A stretch of DNA of 64,000 bases from Mobula hypostoma. Taxonomy: Eukaryota. The notes below the pieces were generated by a model, which was not told the DNA's origin, made no database searches, and saw nothing but the letters and a program-made list of their open reading frames with translations. A program made the translations under genes and the position numbers. Positions 1 through 11,316 of the stretch are shown here, one piece after another. Where the stretch lies: NCBI RefSeq assembly GCF_963921235.1, contig NC_086108.1, forward strand, positions 7,936,001-8,000,000, given 5' to 3'. Positions within the stretch are counted from its first letter, which is position 1; every line of letters begins with the position of its first letter.

Positions 1-262
1 CAAGCTAATTAAGGTCTGAGACCTTGGTAAAAGAGCTCAAATCTCTTGGGGTGCCCAAACTTTTGCATGGTGCTCCTTTCCTTTTTTTCACTCTAAAATT
101 GTACAAAACAAAAATAATACACTAATCTTGCTTTAAACATTGAAAAGAATGTTTCATCTTTAACTTTATGAGTTTTGGAGATCAGTTCATCTTCTACTCA
201 CTTAACTATTCACAATATAACAGAAATTTTGACCGGGGTGCCTAAACTTTTGCATACCACTG
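1..262 (+). mobile_element. Tc1-like transposon terminal inverted repeat (IR/DR type), right end
   Basis: Two direct repeats ggggtgcc(c/t)aaacttttgcat at 48-68 and 235-255; ends ...cactg followed by TA (263-264), typical of Tc1 termini. Confidence 0.75.
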
Positions 263-363
263 TATATGAATGACTGCAATGACCTCACTCCTCAACTCCA
301 GAATACACCCCAATATGGTCTTATTGAAAATTCTATTTACATTCTTTCTTGTAAGAATTTATA

Positions 364-1997
364 TTAGGCAGGAAATGGTGTTGGATAGACTGTTGGGTCT
401 GAAGGCTGGTAAGTCCCCGGGACCTGATGGTCTGCATCCCAGGGTACTTAAGGAGGTGGCTTTAGAAATTGTGGATGCCTTGGTAATCATTTTCCAATGT
501 TCTATAGATTCAGGATCAGTTCCTGTGGATTGGAGGGTGGCTAATGTTGTCCCTCTCTTCAAGAAGGGAGGAAGAGAGAAAACAGGGAATTATAGACCAG
601 TTAACCTGACATCGGTGGTGGGAAAGATGCTGGAGTCAATTATAAAAGATGAAATTATGACACATCTGGATAGCAGTAACAGGATCAGTCCGAGTCAGCA
701 TGGATTTACGAAGGGGAAATCATGCCTGACTAATCTTCTGGAATTTTTTGAGGATGTAACTATGAAAATGGACAAGGGAGAGCCAGTGGATGTAGTGTAC
801 CTGGACTTTCAGAAAGCCTTTGATAAAGTCCCACATAGGAGATTAGTGGGCAAAATCAGGGCACATGGTATTGGGGGCAGAGTACTGACATGGACTGAAA
901 ATTGTCTGGCTGACAGAAAACAAAGAGTAGCGATTAACGGGTCCCTTCCCGAATGGCAGGCGGTGACCAGTGGGTTACCACAGGGTTCAGTGCTGGGATC
1001 GCAGCTGTTTACAATATATATTAATGATTTAGATGAGGGAATTAAAAGTAACATTAGCAAATTTGTCAATGACACAAAGCTGGGTGGCAGTGTGAAATGT
1101 GAGGAGGATGTTATGAGAACGCAGGGTAACTTGGACAGGCTGGGTGAGTGGGCAGATGCATGGCAGATGCAGTTTAATGTAGATAAATGTGAGATTATCC
1201 ACTATGGTGGTAAGAACAGGAAGGCAGATTATTATCTAAATGGAGTCAAGTTAGGAAAAGGGGAAGTACAATGAGATCTAGGTGTTCTTGTACATCAGTC
1301 ACTGAAAGCAAGCATGCAAGTACAGCAGGCAGTGAAAAAAGCTAATGGCATGCTGGCCTTCATAACAAGGGGAATTGAGTGTAAGAGCAAAGAGGTCCTT
1401 CTGCAGCTGTACAGGGCCCTGGTGAGACCACAGCTGGAGTACTGTGTGCAGTTTTGGTCTCCAAATTTGAGGAAGGGCATTCTTGCTATTGAGGGAGTGC
1501 AGTGTAGGTTCACAAGGTTAATTCCCAGGATGGCGGGACTGTCATATGTCGAAAGATTGGAGCGACTGGGCTTGTATACTCTGGAATTTAGAAGGCTGAG
1601 AGGGGATCTTATTGAAACATATAAGATTATTAAGGGATTGGACATGCTGGAGGCAGGAAGCATGTTCCTGCTGATGGGTGAGTCCAGAACCAGAGGCCAC
1701 AGTTTAAGAATAAGGGGTAGGCCATTTAGAACGGAGTTGAGGAAAAACTTTTTCACCCAGAGAGTGGTGGATATATGGAATGCTCTGCCCCAGAAGGCTG
1801 TGGAGGCCAAGTCTCTGGATGCTTTCAAGAAAGAGATGGATAGAGCTCTTAAAGATAGTGGAATCAAAGGTTATGGGGAAAAGGCAGGAACTGGATACTG
1901 ATTGTGGATGATCAGCCATGATCACAGTGAATGGCAGTGCTGGCTCGAAGGGCCGAATGGCCTACTCCTGCACCTATTGTCTATTGTCTATTGTCTA
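364..1997 (+). mobile_element. CR1-clade LINE, 5'-truncated; RT ORF2 remnant with 3' UTR and tail
   Basis: ORFs 270-1274 and 1314-1901 give KSPGPDGLHPRVLKE, YLDFQKAFDKV, PQGSVLG, FVND (degenerate FADD), [13 protein letters not shown]; one in-frame TGA at 1272-1274; (ctattgt)n tail. Confidence 0.95.
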
Positions 1998-2119
1998 ATT
2001 GCATTTACTTATATTAGCTTGTGAATGCTGCTGGTCTGATGCTATGTGCCGGAGAGGCTGCTGAAAGTCAGTTTTCATTGCACCCTTCCGTAGGTACAGT
2101 GCAGAATTACTCCTTTCAA

Positions 2120-2560
2120 CATCAGAATCAGAATCAGGTTTAATATCACCAGTGTATGTCGTGAAATGTGTTGTCTTGCAGCAGTAATAATTTCAATTCA
2201 TAATTTAAAAACTATAAATTACAATAAGAAATTTATACATACACACACACACATATACACAGTAAATATTAAGTTAAATTAAATAAATCAAAAAACAGCA
2301 AAAAGTAGTGAGCTAGTGCTCCTGGGTTCGATGTCCTTTCAGAAAATTAGATGGCAGAGGGGAAGAAGCTGTTCCTGAATCGCTGAGTGTGTGCCTTCAG
2401 GCTCCTGACGGTAGCAATGAGAAGAGGGCATGTTCTGGGTGATGGAAAGGGCGGGTAAGTGCTTAATGACTGATGTCGCCGTTTGCAGGCATCGCCTTTT
2501 GAAGACGTTCTCGATGCTGAGGAGGCGAGTGCCGAGATGGAGCTGGCTGAATTTACATCC
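2120..2560 (-). mobile_element. Rex1/Babar-like LINE 3' fragment
   Basis: Minus-strand peptide ...HTQRFRNSFFPSAI and (gattct)n tail read as atcagaatcagaatc on the + strand. Confidence 0.7.
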
Positions 2561-3950
2561 TCCCGCAGCTTTGACCGAGCCTGTGCAGCGGTCACTCCTT
2601 GCCAGCCGACAACGCAAATAGCTAAAACGCTTACTTGACAATCAGCTCGGCTTTGACAAACCAGGACTCGAGCTCAGGGATAAAATAAAGCGGAGGAGCG
2701 GGATGGAATTAAGAGCGAAACGGCACATTAAAAATGATTAGGCGGCGCTTGGGTGGGAGTCGGGAGCTGACTACAGTAGGTGCAACTTCAAAGGCAGGCT
2801 TCACCAGGGCTTTGGCTACCCGACGGCGCGGGAGGGTGTGTGTGGGACTGGGGAGCGTTGCCTGTGCTAGGCAGCTGGTGCATACACGATGGGCCGACTG
2901 GGGTCCTGACCGCCGGGAAATCGGGTCGGGGGTAGCAAGTAGATTAAACAGCGCCAGTGACCCGTTGCTGTATGTAAGCAGTTTGGAGGTTCTCCCCTCC
3001 ACCGCGTGGGGTTCCCCCAGATACCCAACAGATCCTGAAAATGCAGAGCAGAACACACACCACGTACGGGAGGAGCTCAGCAGGTCGGGCAGCGTCTATG
3101 GAAATGAATTCGACGTTTCATCAACCCTTCATCAAGGTAAATGAGTTTCCAACGGGAGCTCCGCTGTTCTTGCATATTCCAAAGACGAATAGGTGGAGGT
3201 GAGTTGAGGGCAGATTACGTTGGCGCTGGAAACATAGCATCCTCGGACTGTGCTGGCCGTTGACGCCAAAAAGACACACATTTCACTGTGCGTGTCACAA
3301 CTAAAACTTATCCTTAAACGACCGAGGTGCAGGTGATGGGGGCGAGAGAGGGCGAACGGGGCATCTGTCAGGAGACAAGAAGCAGGGTACTCGCACAGCC
3401 ACAGGAGACCCAAGTCCCCAATAAATCGTTCTAGTTTCCTTTTACGGCTTCACACACACTGACTGACAAAACTGGAAAGCACGGATAAATAATTTACAAG
3501 ACCGCGTTTATTATCTCCCTTACCTTTATGTAAATGAACGTAGATCCTCTGGATTCCGATCACCGCCCGAGACAGAGCAGTTCGACCAACGTCCAGGCTG
3601 GGAACTTTGGCCTGCCAGCTCGTTTCCATCCGAGACACTCCCTCCCAGAAGAAGGAAGTGCAGCGGGGAAAGGTTTTCAAAAACGAAAAATATATATCGG
3701 GAATCTCAAAGGGGAGGGCTTATAAAATCTATTGGAGGAAGGCAATCCTGATTCCCACCTCCTATCCCTCCCTCAGCTCGAGTCCTGAAGAAGGGGCCTC
3801 GGCTCGAAACGTCGACTGTTTATTCATTTCCGAGGATGCTGCCCGGCCAACTGAGCAGTTTATGTGCGTTGCAGTGGGAGGGAGAGCTTGGCCTCGGCCG
3901 GAGAGGGTTGTGGGGAAGGGGAGGGGAGGACGGAGGGAGGGAATTTGACA
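2560..3950. promoter_or_regulatory. CpG-rich region, candidate promoter/first exon of a minus-strand gene running off the left edge
   Basis: Visibly elevated CpG and GC content; minus-strand donor-like AAG|GTAAGG near 3525 and CAA|GTAAGC near 2636; ETS-like aggaagtg at 3653-3660. No recognisable coding sequence. Confidence 0.3.
3781..3817 (+). ncRNA. Minimal type I hammerhead ribozyme motif in a Penelope-like repeat
   Basis: agtc-CTGAAGA-aggggcctcggctc-GAAAC-GTC-gact: hammerhead core intact, 4-bp stem I, imperfect stem II. Confidence 0.6.
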
Positions 3951-4904
3951 GCTGGGGTCGGATAATTAAATTTGGTGGAGATCTAGAGGTTTTGGGGGTT
4001 GAGGGGTTGGTGGTTGAAGAGGTTTCAAGTGTCACGCCTGAACCACCACACCAGAGGCATGGCTACCGAGGGGAATGAGTGGTCCGAGGGAATTGATTCT
4101 GAGCTCCACAAAATCTCCTGGAATCTGGGCAAACATGGGTAAGGACATCTCTTCCTGATTCCTTCCTCCTATCCCTCCCTCAGCTGACAACTCCATAACG
4201 CATTAGAGCAGAATTAGGCCATTCAACCCATCACGTCTACTCTGCCATTCCATCCTGGCAAATTTATTTTCCCTCCCAACTCCATTCTTCTGCTTTTCCC
4301 CCGTACTGTACTTACTTGCTCCAAGCTCCACCACACTGAATAGCAGCCGGAGAGACCAGGACTCAGAATATCCTCTGGGTGGGGATTATGAACAAGTGGC
4401 TAGTGACTAACCTACATTTCCTGAAGGGAACTGTTGCCGAGGGTTGATGGTGGTTGGGCAGGGATGGACCAGAGGAAGTAATGGATGATCTTCTGTTCAC
4501 CTCCCGACTAACTCCTGTGCAGACGAGAATCTTCTACCTTCCCCTCCCCCTCCCCCATATTGAGTTACCCTCAATGGTGAAGACTTGGGGCAGACCTGAT
4601 GATGGCCTACGGCCTCATGTTGTGGATTATCCCTTGCTCTGAGGTTGTAGCACTCCAGCGGGAGCCATGTTGGCGTGCAGAAGGGTGTGGCACACTTGGT
4701 ACGGACCTGGAGAAGCGACTCATGTCCCACTGTCCCGCTGCATCTAGTTGTGAATGGCAGGAGTACTCACACCACAAGTGGAAGGAGGTTCTGAGAGGTA
4801 CCTCCTCATCCTCAGCCATGGTTTTACCAGAGAAGGAGTGCCAAAAGCCATGCTGGATCATTCACAACTACACACAGTGGTACCTCCCGTCACTAATTAG
4901 TGTT

Positions 4905-5379
4905 CATTGACTGTGTATCCATGGTTTTCTGCTGCTGTAACCCATCCACTTCAATTTCAACGTGTTGTGCATTTAGAGATGCTCTGCACACCACTGTTGT
5001 AACGCCTGCTTATTTGAGTTACCGTCTCCTTCCTGTTATCCTGAACTAATCTGTCCATTCTCCTCTGACCTCTCTCACTAACAAAGTGCTTTTGCCCACA
5101 GAATGATTGTGTTTTTTGTTTCTCACACCATTCTCTGTACATTCTAGAGACTGTTGTGCCTGAAGATCAGCAGTTTCTGAGATACTCAAACCACCCCATC
5201 TGGCACCAGCAGTCATACCACATTCAAAGTCACTTAGATCACATTTCTCTCCCATTCTGACGTTTGGTCTGAACAACAACTGAATCTCTTGACCACGTCT
5301 GCATGTTTTTGTGCATTGAGTTGCTGCCACATGATTGGCTGATTGGAAATTTTCATTAACAAGCAGTGGCCACTGAGTT
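4905..5379 (-). mobile_element. Tc1-like non-autonomous remnant (transposase N-terminus)
   Basis: MGEKCDLSDFECGMTAGARWGGLSISETADL and FVSERGQRRMDRLVQDNRKETVTQI resemble Tc1 paired-like/HTH regions; frameshifted. Confidence 0.75.
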
Positions 5380-8089
5380 ATGTTCAGCCATGTGTCAAGT
5401 GGATGAGCATAAGACCCAAAGACAAAGGGTCAATCATTATAAGACCATAAGAAATAGGAGCGAAATTAGGCTATTCAGCTCATCGAGTCGACTACCAGAC
5501 TCACTGACTTCAGTCTTTGGTCTTCCGGTTTAAACCTTCGTTATCAACCCCTCTGCCTCCTACGTTCCAAGGAATAAATACCTAAACCGTGCAGTCTTCC
5601 CTCTAAGCCAAGTCTTCAGGTGCTGTTGATGTTCTTGTATATTATTGAAGGGTACTTTCTAGTTTAAGCATGCCTTCCTACTTTCAGTTTAAGTTGACGC
5701 TGGTGAATCTTAGCGACTTCTGGCTGGTGACCAATGAAACAATGAAAACAATGAAATACTTTCTTAATCACTCATTTTTCCTGGCAAATGATCCCAGCAA
5801 ACAATAGCCTGTAACTTCCCTTTGGACTTGGAGGCAATTCCACGTGGCAGAGCCAATGTGAAGCGAGGCAGCGGGTCAAGAGCTGAGGCCCTGAGGTTCG
5901 ATCGATTTAAGCGCTGGGCAAAATTGGAAAGGCGGGGTGCAGGCTAATTTGAGGAGGCAGGGTCCAGGACCCAGGGCATATCGAAACGATTACACCCGAT
6001 GTTTGGATGATGAATTAGGCACCAGGCCAGATTGAAGAGGTTAGTGTGTTGAGGCCCAAGGCACAGGATGGGCTGGTTCAGCTTGCTGTTCCACTCTGCA
6101 CTGAACTAAGGGTCTGTGGACTTACTCTCTTTGTAGACTTCTGTTCAGAATGCTATTTATTTGCTTTTTTTTGCACGATTTGTGTTTTTTTTCACTCTCT
6201 GCACATTGGGTGTTTGTTGGTCTTTTATTAATGGGTTAAAAGAATGGACTTCACGGACCGGACCATGACAGTTTTGGGTTTCTTTGTTTAGTGGCAGCAT
6301 GTTAGGAGACAAATCTCAAGGTTGTATAAAGTATACATACCTCGATAATAAGTATAATTTTGAACTTTGCAAACTGTACACAGTACTGCAAGTGCAGCCT
6401 CATCGGCAGCTTCCACAACTGCAATGTAATGTCCCAAATCCTATACTTAGATGATTTCAGAACAGCCCATGAACACTACAGCCTTGTTCTTTTATTTTTG
6501 CGCAATTTATTTATTTTGTCGTTTATAGTAAATTTATTCCTTTTCACTGCACAGCTGCCGCAAAACAACAAATTTCACATCATAGAAGGCCAGTAATAAT
6601 AATAATCCTGATTCTGATTCTGAAAAGTATACACAAGGGTGAGCAGGATGCTATTACAACTCGGGCATCAGGATTCAGAGTTCAATTACGATGCTATCTT
6701 AAGGAATTTGTGTGCCCTTCCTCAGGAACACATGAGCTTTGTCAGGCATGTTGCCACTGACACCCGCAGTCTACACATGCAGGCACCTCCCAGCCAATAG
6801 GATTACCTGCCTCTCATTACAGACTCGTCACCTGCAACCTATTTAATCCCAGTTCCCATCCACAGTCGTTGTACACTCGTCGAAGCAGCTGACTCAACCA
6901 TTTGCTCCTGGCCATCACTCTCCATGTCTAAAGTTTATCTTGTTGCCTGTTGTGCTTGATGTCTGTTCTCTCTTGTTTTGCGCCCGCTCGTGGCTTGATA
7001 TTTTGCAATCTATTTTTTCAGTTATTGTTCACCGCTACTCTGTTTTTGGATCAAGCCTTTTTTTTATATGTCCTTATAGCTTCCTCCGGTTGCCAAAAGT
7101 TTCCTCCCACAGTCCAAAGACATACCAGCTAGTAGGTTAATGTGCCATTGTAAATTGTCCTGTGCTTAGGCTAGTGTTAAATAGGTGGGTTGCTGGGTGG
7201 AGCACCTCAGAGTCACTATCATCGACTCTGCTGCTGGATCTACATAGACTGTGAAAAGGTTTGGCAATTGCGTGCATGAGTTTGCACATTCCAGCTAACC
7301 CGTATTTCATTATGGCATTATTTACGCCTTTCTTTTCATTTTCGTCTTGATCAAGAGCACAGCAATGCTTATTCTCCCTGATTACCCGCATCCTTGTCCT
7401 GGAAAGAGGACGACCGCCTCGACTGATGCTGTAAAGAAGAGCTAGTCATTTAATATTTAGTTACTGTCTCCAGTCACAGTGTTGGCGTTAATTTTCAGTT
7501 TGAGAGTTTTAGGTTAGCGTCAAGTTGGCCTAGCTTTTATTGTATTTCTTTTCCTTTAACCCCTGAAAGTGTTCTCATTAAATTCAGTGACCTGTCGACA
7601 ACCTCAGTGTCCGTCTCTCTCCGCACTTGGCCACATGCAAATGTTTTGACAAGAAAGACCTGTTTTGCGCTGTGTCTCTAGGTAATATTAAAAAAATAAA
7701 TAAAACAAGAACTGGTTGGTCTACGCAGAGCTCTCTTTGTTTCAGAGAAGCGTTATTTTGATAACGTAGGCACTGATATCCTGGTAAAATCACATTGGAA
7801 TTAAGACGAAGTGAATGCCAACTGCCTAACTGGAATAATACCCAATTGCAATTTAACTTCGGTTACACTTGGCCAGGTTTCTTTTATTCAATTGACATTT
7901 ATCAGTAGTAAGTTCATTACAAATTCCACCATTCTCCGCTCTGCTGTCTCTCCACTGATGAGAGACCTGATCTAAAAGATGTTCTGTGTTGGAACATTGA
8001 GATCTAATCTGCATGAGTGCCTCCTGGATCTGCTGTAAATGTCCACAAAGAGTGCCCTAATTCAGAATAAAGATTGCTGGGTAATTCAG

Positions 8090-9098
8090 ACATCAAACTC
8101 AGGAGAAACTCAGTAGGTTAGGCAACATCTATGAGGGAAATGAACAGTCGATGTTTCCGGCCAAGACGCTTCCTCAGGACCAGAAAGGAAGGCGGCAGAA
8201 GCCCAGATGAAGACACGAGGTTCTGAAGATGCTGGAAATCCAGAGCAACACACACAAAGTGCTGGCGGAACTCGGCAGGTCAGGCAGCGTCTACGGAGAG
8301 GAATGAACAGTCAACGTGTCGGACAGAACTGGAAAGAAATTGAGTGGAAGTGAGAATAAGAAGGTGGGGGGGCAGGGGGAAGAGTGCGAGCTGGCAGGTG
8401 ATAGGTGGGACCAGGTGAGGGAGGAGGTGGGTTCGCGGGGGAAGGGATAATGATGTGAGAAACTGAGAGGTGATTGAGAAATTTAACATTTCTTTCTTAA
8501 ATGTGTTTTTTTTAATGATTGCAAGAGTATATTCGACTCCAAAAACTTTGGGTACAACAGATCTACCACATCAGTGAGCTGCTCGTTGATTGGAGGAGCT
8601 GGTAGGGGGCTCGGAGAAGGAGACGCCAGAGGCTGGTGCTGCCCTCCACTGTTCGATCAGTGGGATGACAGGCTGGATAACTGGGAACTGTACCATCAAT
8701 TTGTGGGACATGCTGCCCAGTGTTTTGGACTATATATATATTCTCTTGCATGACTATATTTTCTTTGTTCGCTATTTTGAATGTGCTGTGTATGTTTTGC
8801 ACCTTGGCCCCATAGGAACACTGTTTTGTTCGGTTGTATTCATGTACAGTTGAATGATAATTAAACTTGATTTGATTTGCTAGGTGGAAGAGGTAAAGGA
8901 ATCTGATAGGAGAAGAGCGGGACCATGGGAGAAAGGGAAGGAGGAGGGGCACCAGAGGCATTGACGGGCATGTCATGAAGGCAGAAGAGGACACACAAAA
9001 TGCTGGAGGAACTCAGCAGGTCAGGCAGCGTCTATGGAGGGGAATAAGCAGTGAATGCTTTGGGCTGAGACCCTTCATCAGGACTGGAAAGGAAGGGT
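8090..9098 (-). mobile_element. Penelope-like pseudo-LTR fragments (three partial copies) with degenerate hammerheads
   Basis: Repeated ggaactcagcaggtcaggcagc module; degenerate cores at ~8145-8181 (CTGAGGA..GAAACATC) and ~9051-9086 (CTGATGA, GAAA lost). Confidence 0.6.
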
Positions 9099-9454
9099 AA
9101 TTCTCTGTCAATCATTGCTGAGAAAGTTTATCTAGTCTTTGGCTTGTTTCAAATGTAAGGCGTGTGTGTAATTTGTCGAAGAAATTAAAGAAATATAAAT
9201 CAGTGCATTATTTATCAAAGAAAGAATGATATATTTCTCTAGTGCCTTAAAGCACATTTAAGAATGTCTTGAAATGTTTTATAATTCTCGATGTGCCTGC
9301 GGTGTGATTGCAGATGGAAAGAAGGAAATATGGTGGCTGATTACACAAAAGCTGAAAATTAAAACTTCAACTTTCAAAGTAAATTTATTATCAATGTCAC
9401 CATATACAACCCATTCATTCTCTTGCAGGCATTCACAATAGAACAAAGAAATAC

Positions 9455-9848
9455 ATCCTCCTCATCATTATGTGCCGTGTTGTATGACGTGGGCAATCAC
9501 AGTCTTTGACCATGATTGTTCTTGCCAAATCTTTCTAAAGAAATGGTTTGCCATTGCCTTCTCCTGAGCAGTGTCTTTACAAGATGGGTGACCTCTGCCA
9601 TTATCGATACTCTTCAGAGATTGCCTGCCTGGCGTCAGTGTGTGGTCACATAACCAGGATTTGTGATATACACTGGCTGCTCATACGACCATCCACCACC
9701 TGCCTCCATAGCTTCACGTGACCCTAATTGGGGCGGGGGGGGGAACTAAGCAGGTACTGCACTTTATCCAGGACTGACCTGTAGGTTAGCAGAGAGAAGG
9801 ACTGCCTTACACCTCCTTTAGTAGTGATGTTTCTCCACCCTGCCGCCT
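9455..9848 (-). mobile_element. Non-autonomous RTE-related SINE-like element
   Basis: Same ~400-bp family as 41855-42270 and 47197-47568; contains the RTE-type motif gaaggcaatggcaaacca and an (atg)n tail. Confidence 0.6.
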
Positions 9849-10544
9849 TGGGCAGTGGATACAAAAGTTCTTATGGTCTTCCATCAGTTAACTTTTTCAA
9901 TTTTCTGGGCTGTGCTTTCACTTGAGTTTAGTGGTGTATACTTCTTATCAGAATTGCACATGCTCACGTGGAGTGCTGAGTCCTGTTTTCATGGATAGAA
10001 GTATATCCTGTGAAGTTTTATCTGACTGGTTTGTAAATTTTTTTATGTCTGTTAACTCCTCTTCCTCTTTCTGGCCTTGGAGACGTTGAACTAAGTGCAT
10101 TCGAATATACAGAGTGTTTACAAACATTTCTCATTTCAATTCTCAGCTTTCTTTGTAAATTTTCCAGATCAGTCTTGGACCAAGGTATTATGCCAAAAGA
10201 TGTTAATATAGGTATAGCAAAAGTGTTTATTGCCTTTGTTATATTTTCACTATTGAGCTGTTTGGCAGATTTTCGTAAGCCTTTAAATAAATTCTGTTAG
10301 AAGTTTTCCTTTTATTGCACTATCATCTATTTTCTTGGCTTGCTGATATCCCAGATATTTATATGTCTCATGTTCATCCATCAGTTGTATTGTATCCTGC
10401 TGCTCTGCTTTGTATTCTACTAGCTCTATCGCACCTTTCCTTATGTTTAATGTTCTGTACTTATCTAGTCCAAAGTTCCTGTTCACATCTTTCAAAAATA
10501 GTTCTACTATTTGAATTAATTAATTTAGGTTTACTGATGAAGGA

Positions 10545-11220
10545 TTAGATTAGATTATGAGGACACGCAGTCCTCTTTTATTGTCATTTAGTGCATGCAT
10601 TAAGCAATGATACAATGTTCCTCCAGTATGATATCACAGAAACACAAGACCAAACAAGACTAAAAAAATTGACAAAACCACATAATTATAACATATAGTT
10701 ACAACAGTGCAAAGCAATACCATAATTTGATAAAGAACAGACCATGGACACAGTAAAAAAAAGTCTGAAAGTCTCTCGAAAGTCCCATCATCTCACGCTG
10801 ACGGTAGAAGGAAGGGAAACTCTCTTCCTGCCATGAACCTCCAGTGCCGCAAACTTGCCGATGCAGCACCCTGGAAGCACTGGACCACAGCCGACTCCTG
10901 AGTCTGTCCGAAAACTTCGAGCCTCCGACCAGCCCTCTGACACTGAGCACCATCTCTGTCGAGCGCTTCGACCCCGGCCCCGGCAACAGGCAATAGGCAA
11001 AGCTGAGGACTTGGGGCCTTCCCCTCCGGAGATTCTCGATCGCACAGTAGCAGCAGCAGCGAAGCGGGCATTACAGAAGTTTCCCCAGATGTTCCTCCGT
11101 GCTCTCACGTCTGTCTCCATCAAATCAGGATTGTGCACAGCATCCTACTTACAAATATGATATCATTTCAGAGCGGCCGCGCGTGCTGCGTCGAGTCACC
11201 ATCTTCTCCTCCCCTCCTCA
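10545..11220 (-). mobile_element. GC-rich non-autonomous retroposon inserted in the R4-like RT
   Basis: Begins ggaggagaagatgg on the minus strand, CpG-rich body, ends in a (tctaa)n tail; interrupts the RT just after YMDD. Confidence 0.55.
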
Positions 11221-11316
11221 TATAAGGACAAATCATCCATGTATAGAAAGTGTTTCAAGGTATAATTCATTTGGTTGGTCCTGATATGATACCCTGTTTT
11301 CATCCGATTCAATATA

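Noticed and set aside
6740..7640. Possible old LTR interrupted by a SINE
   Set aside because: LTR-like composition, but I could not establish termini or a TSD.
8145..9086. Functional hammerheads in the older Penelope copies
   Set aside because: Core or stem III bases are mutated (GAAAC-ATC; GAAA lost).
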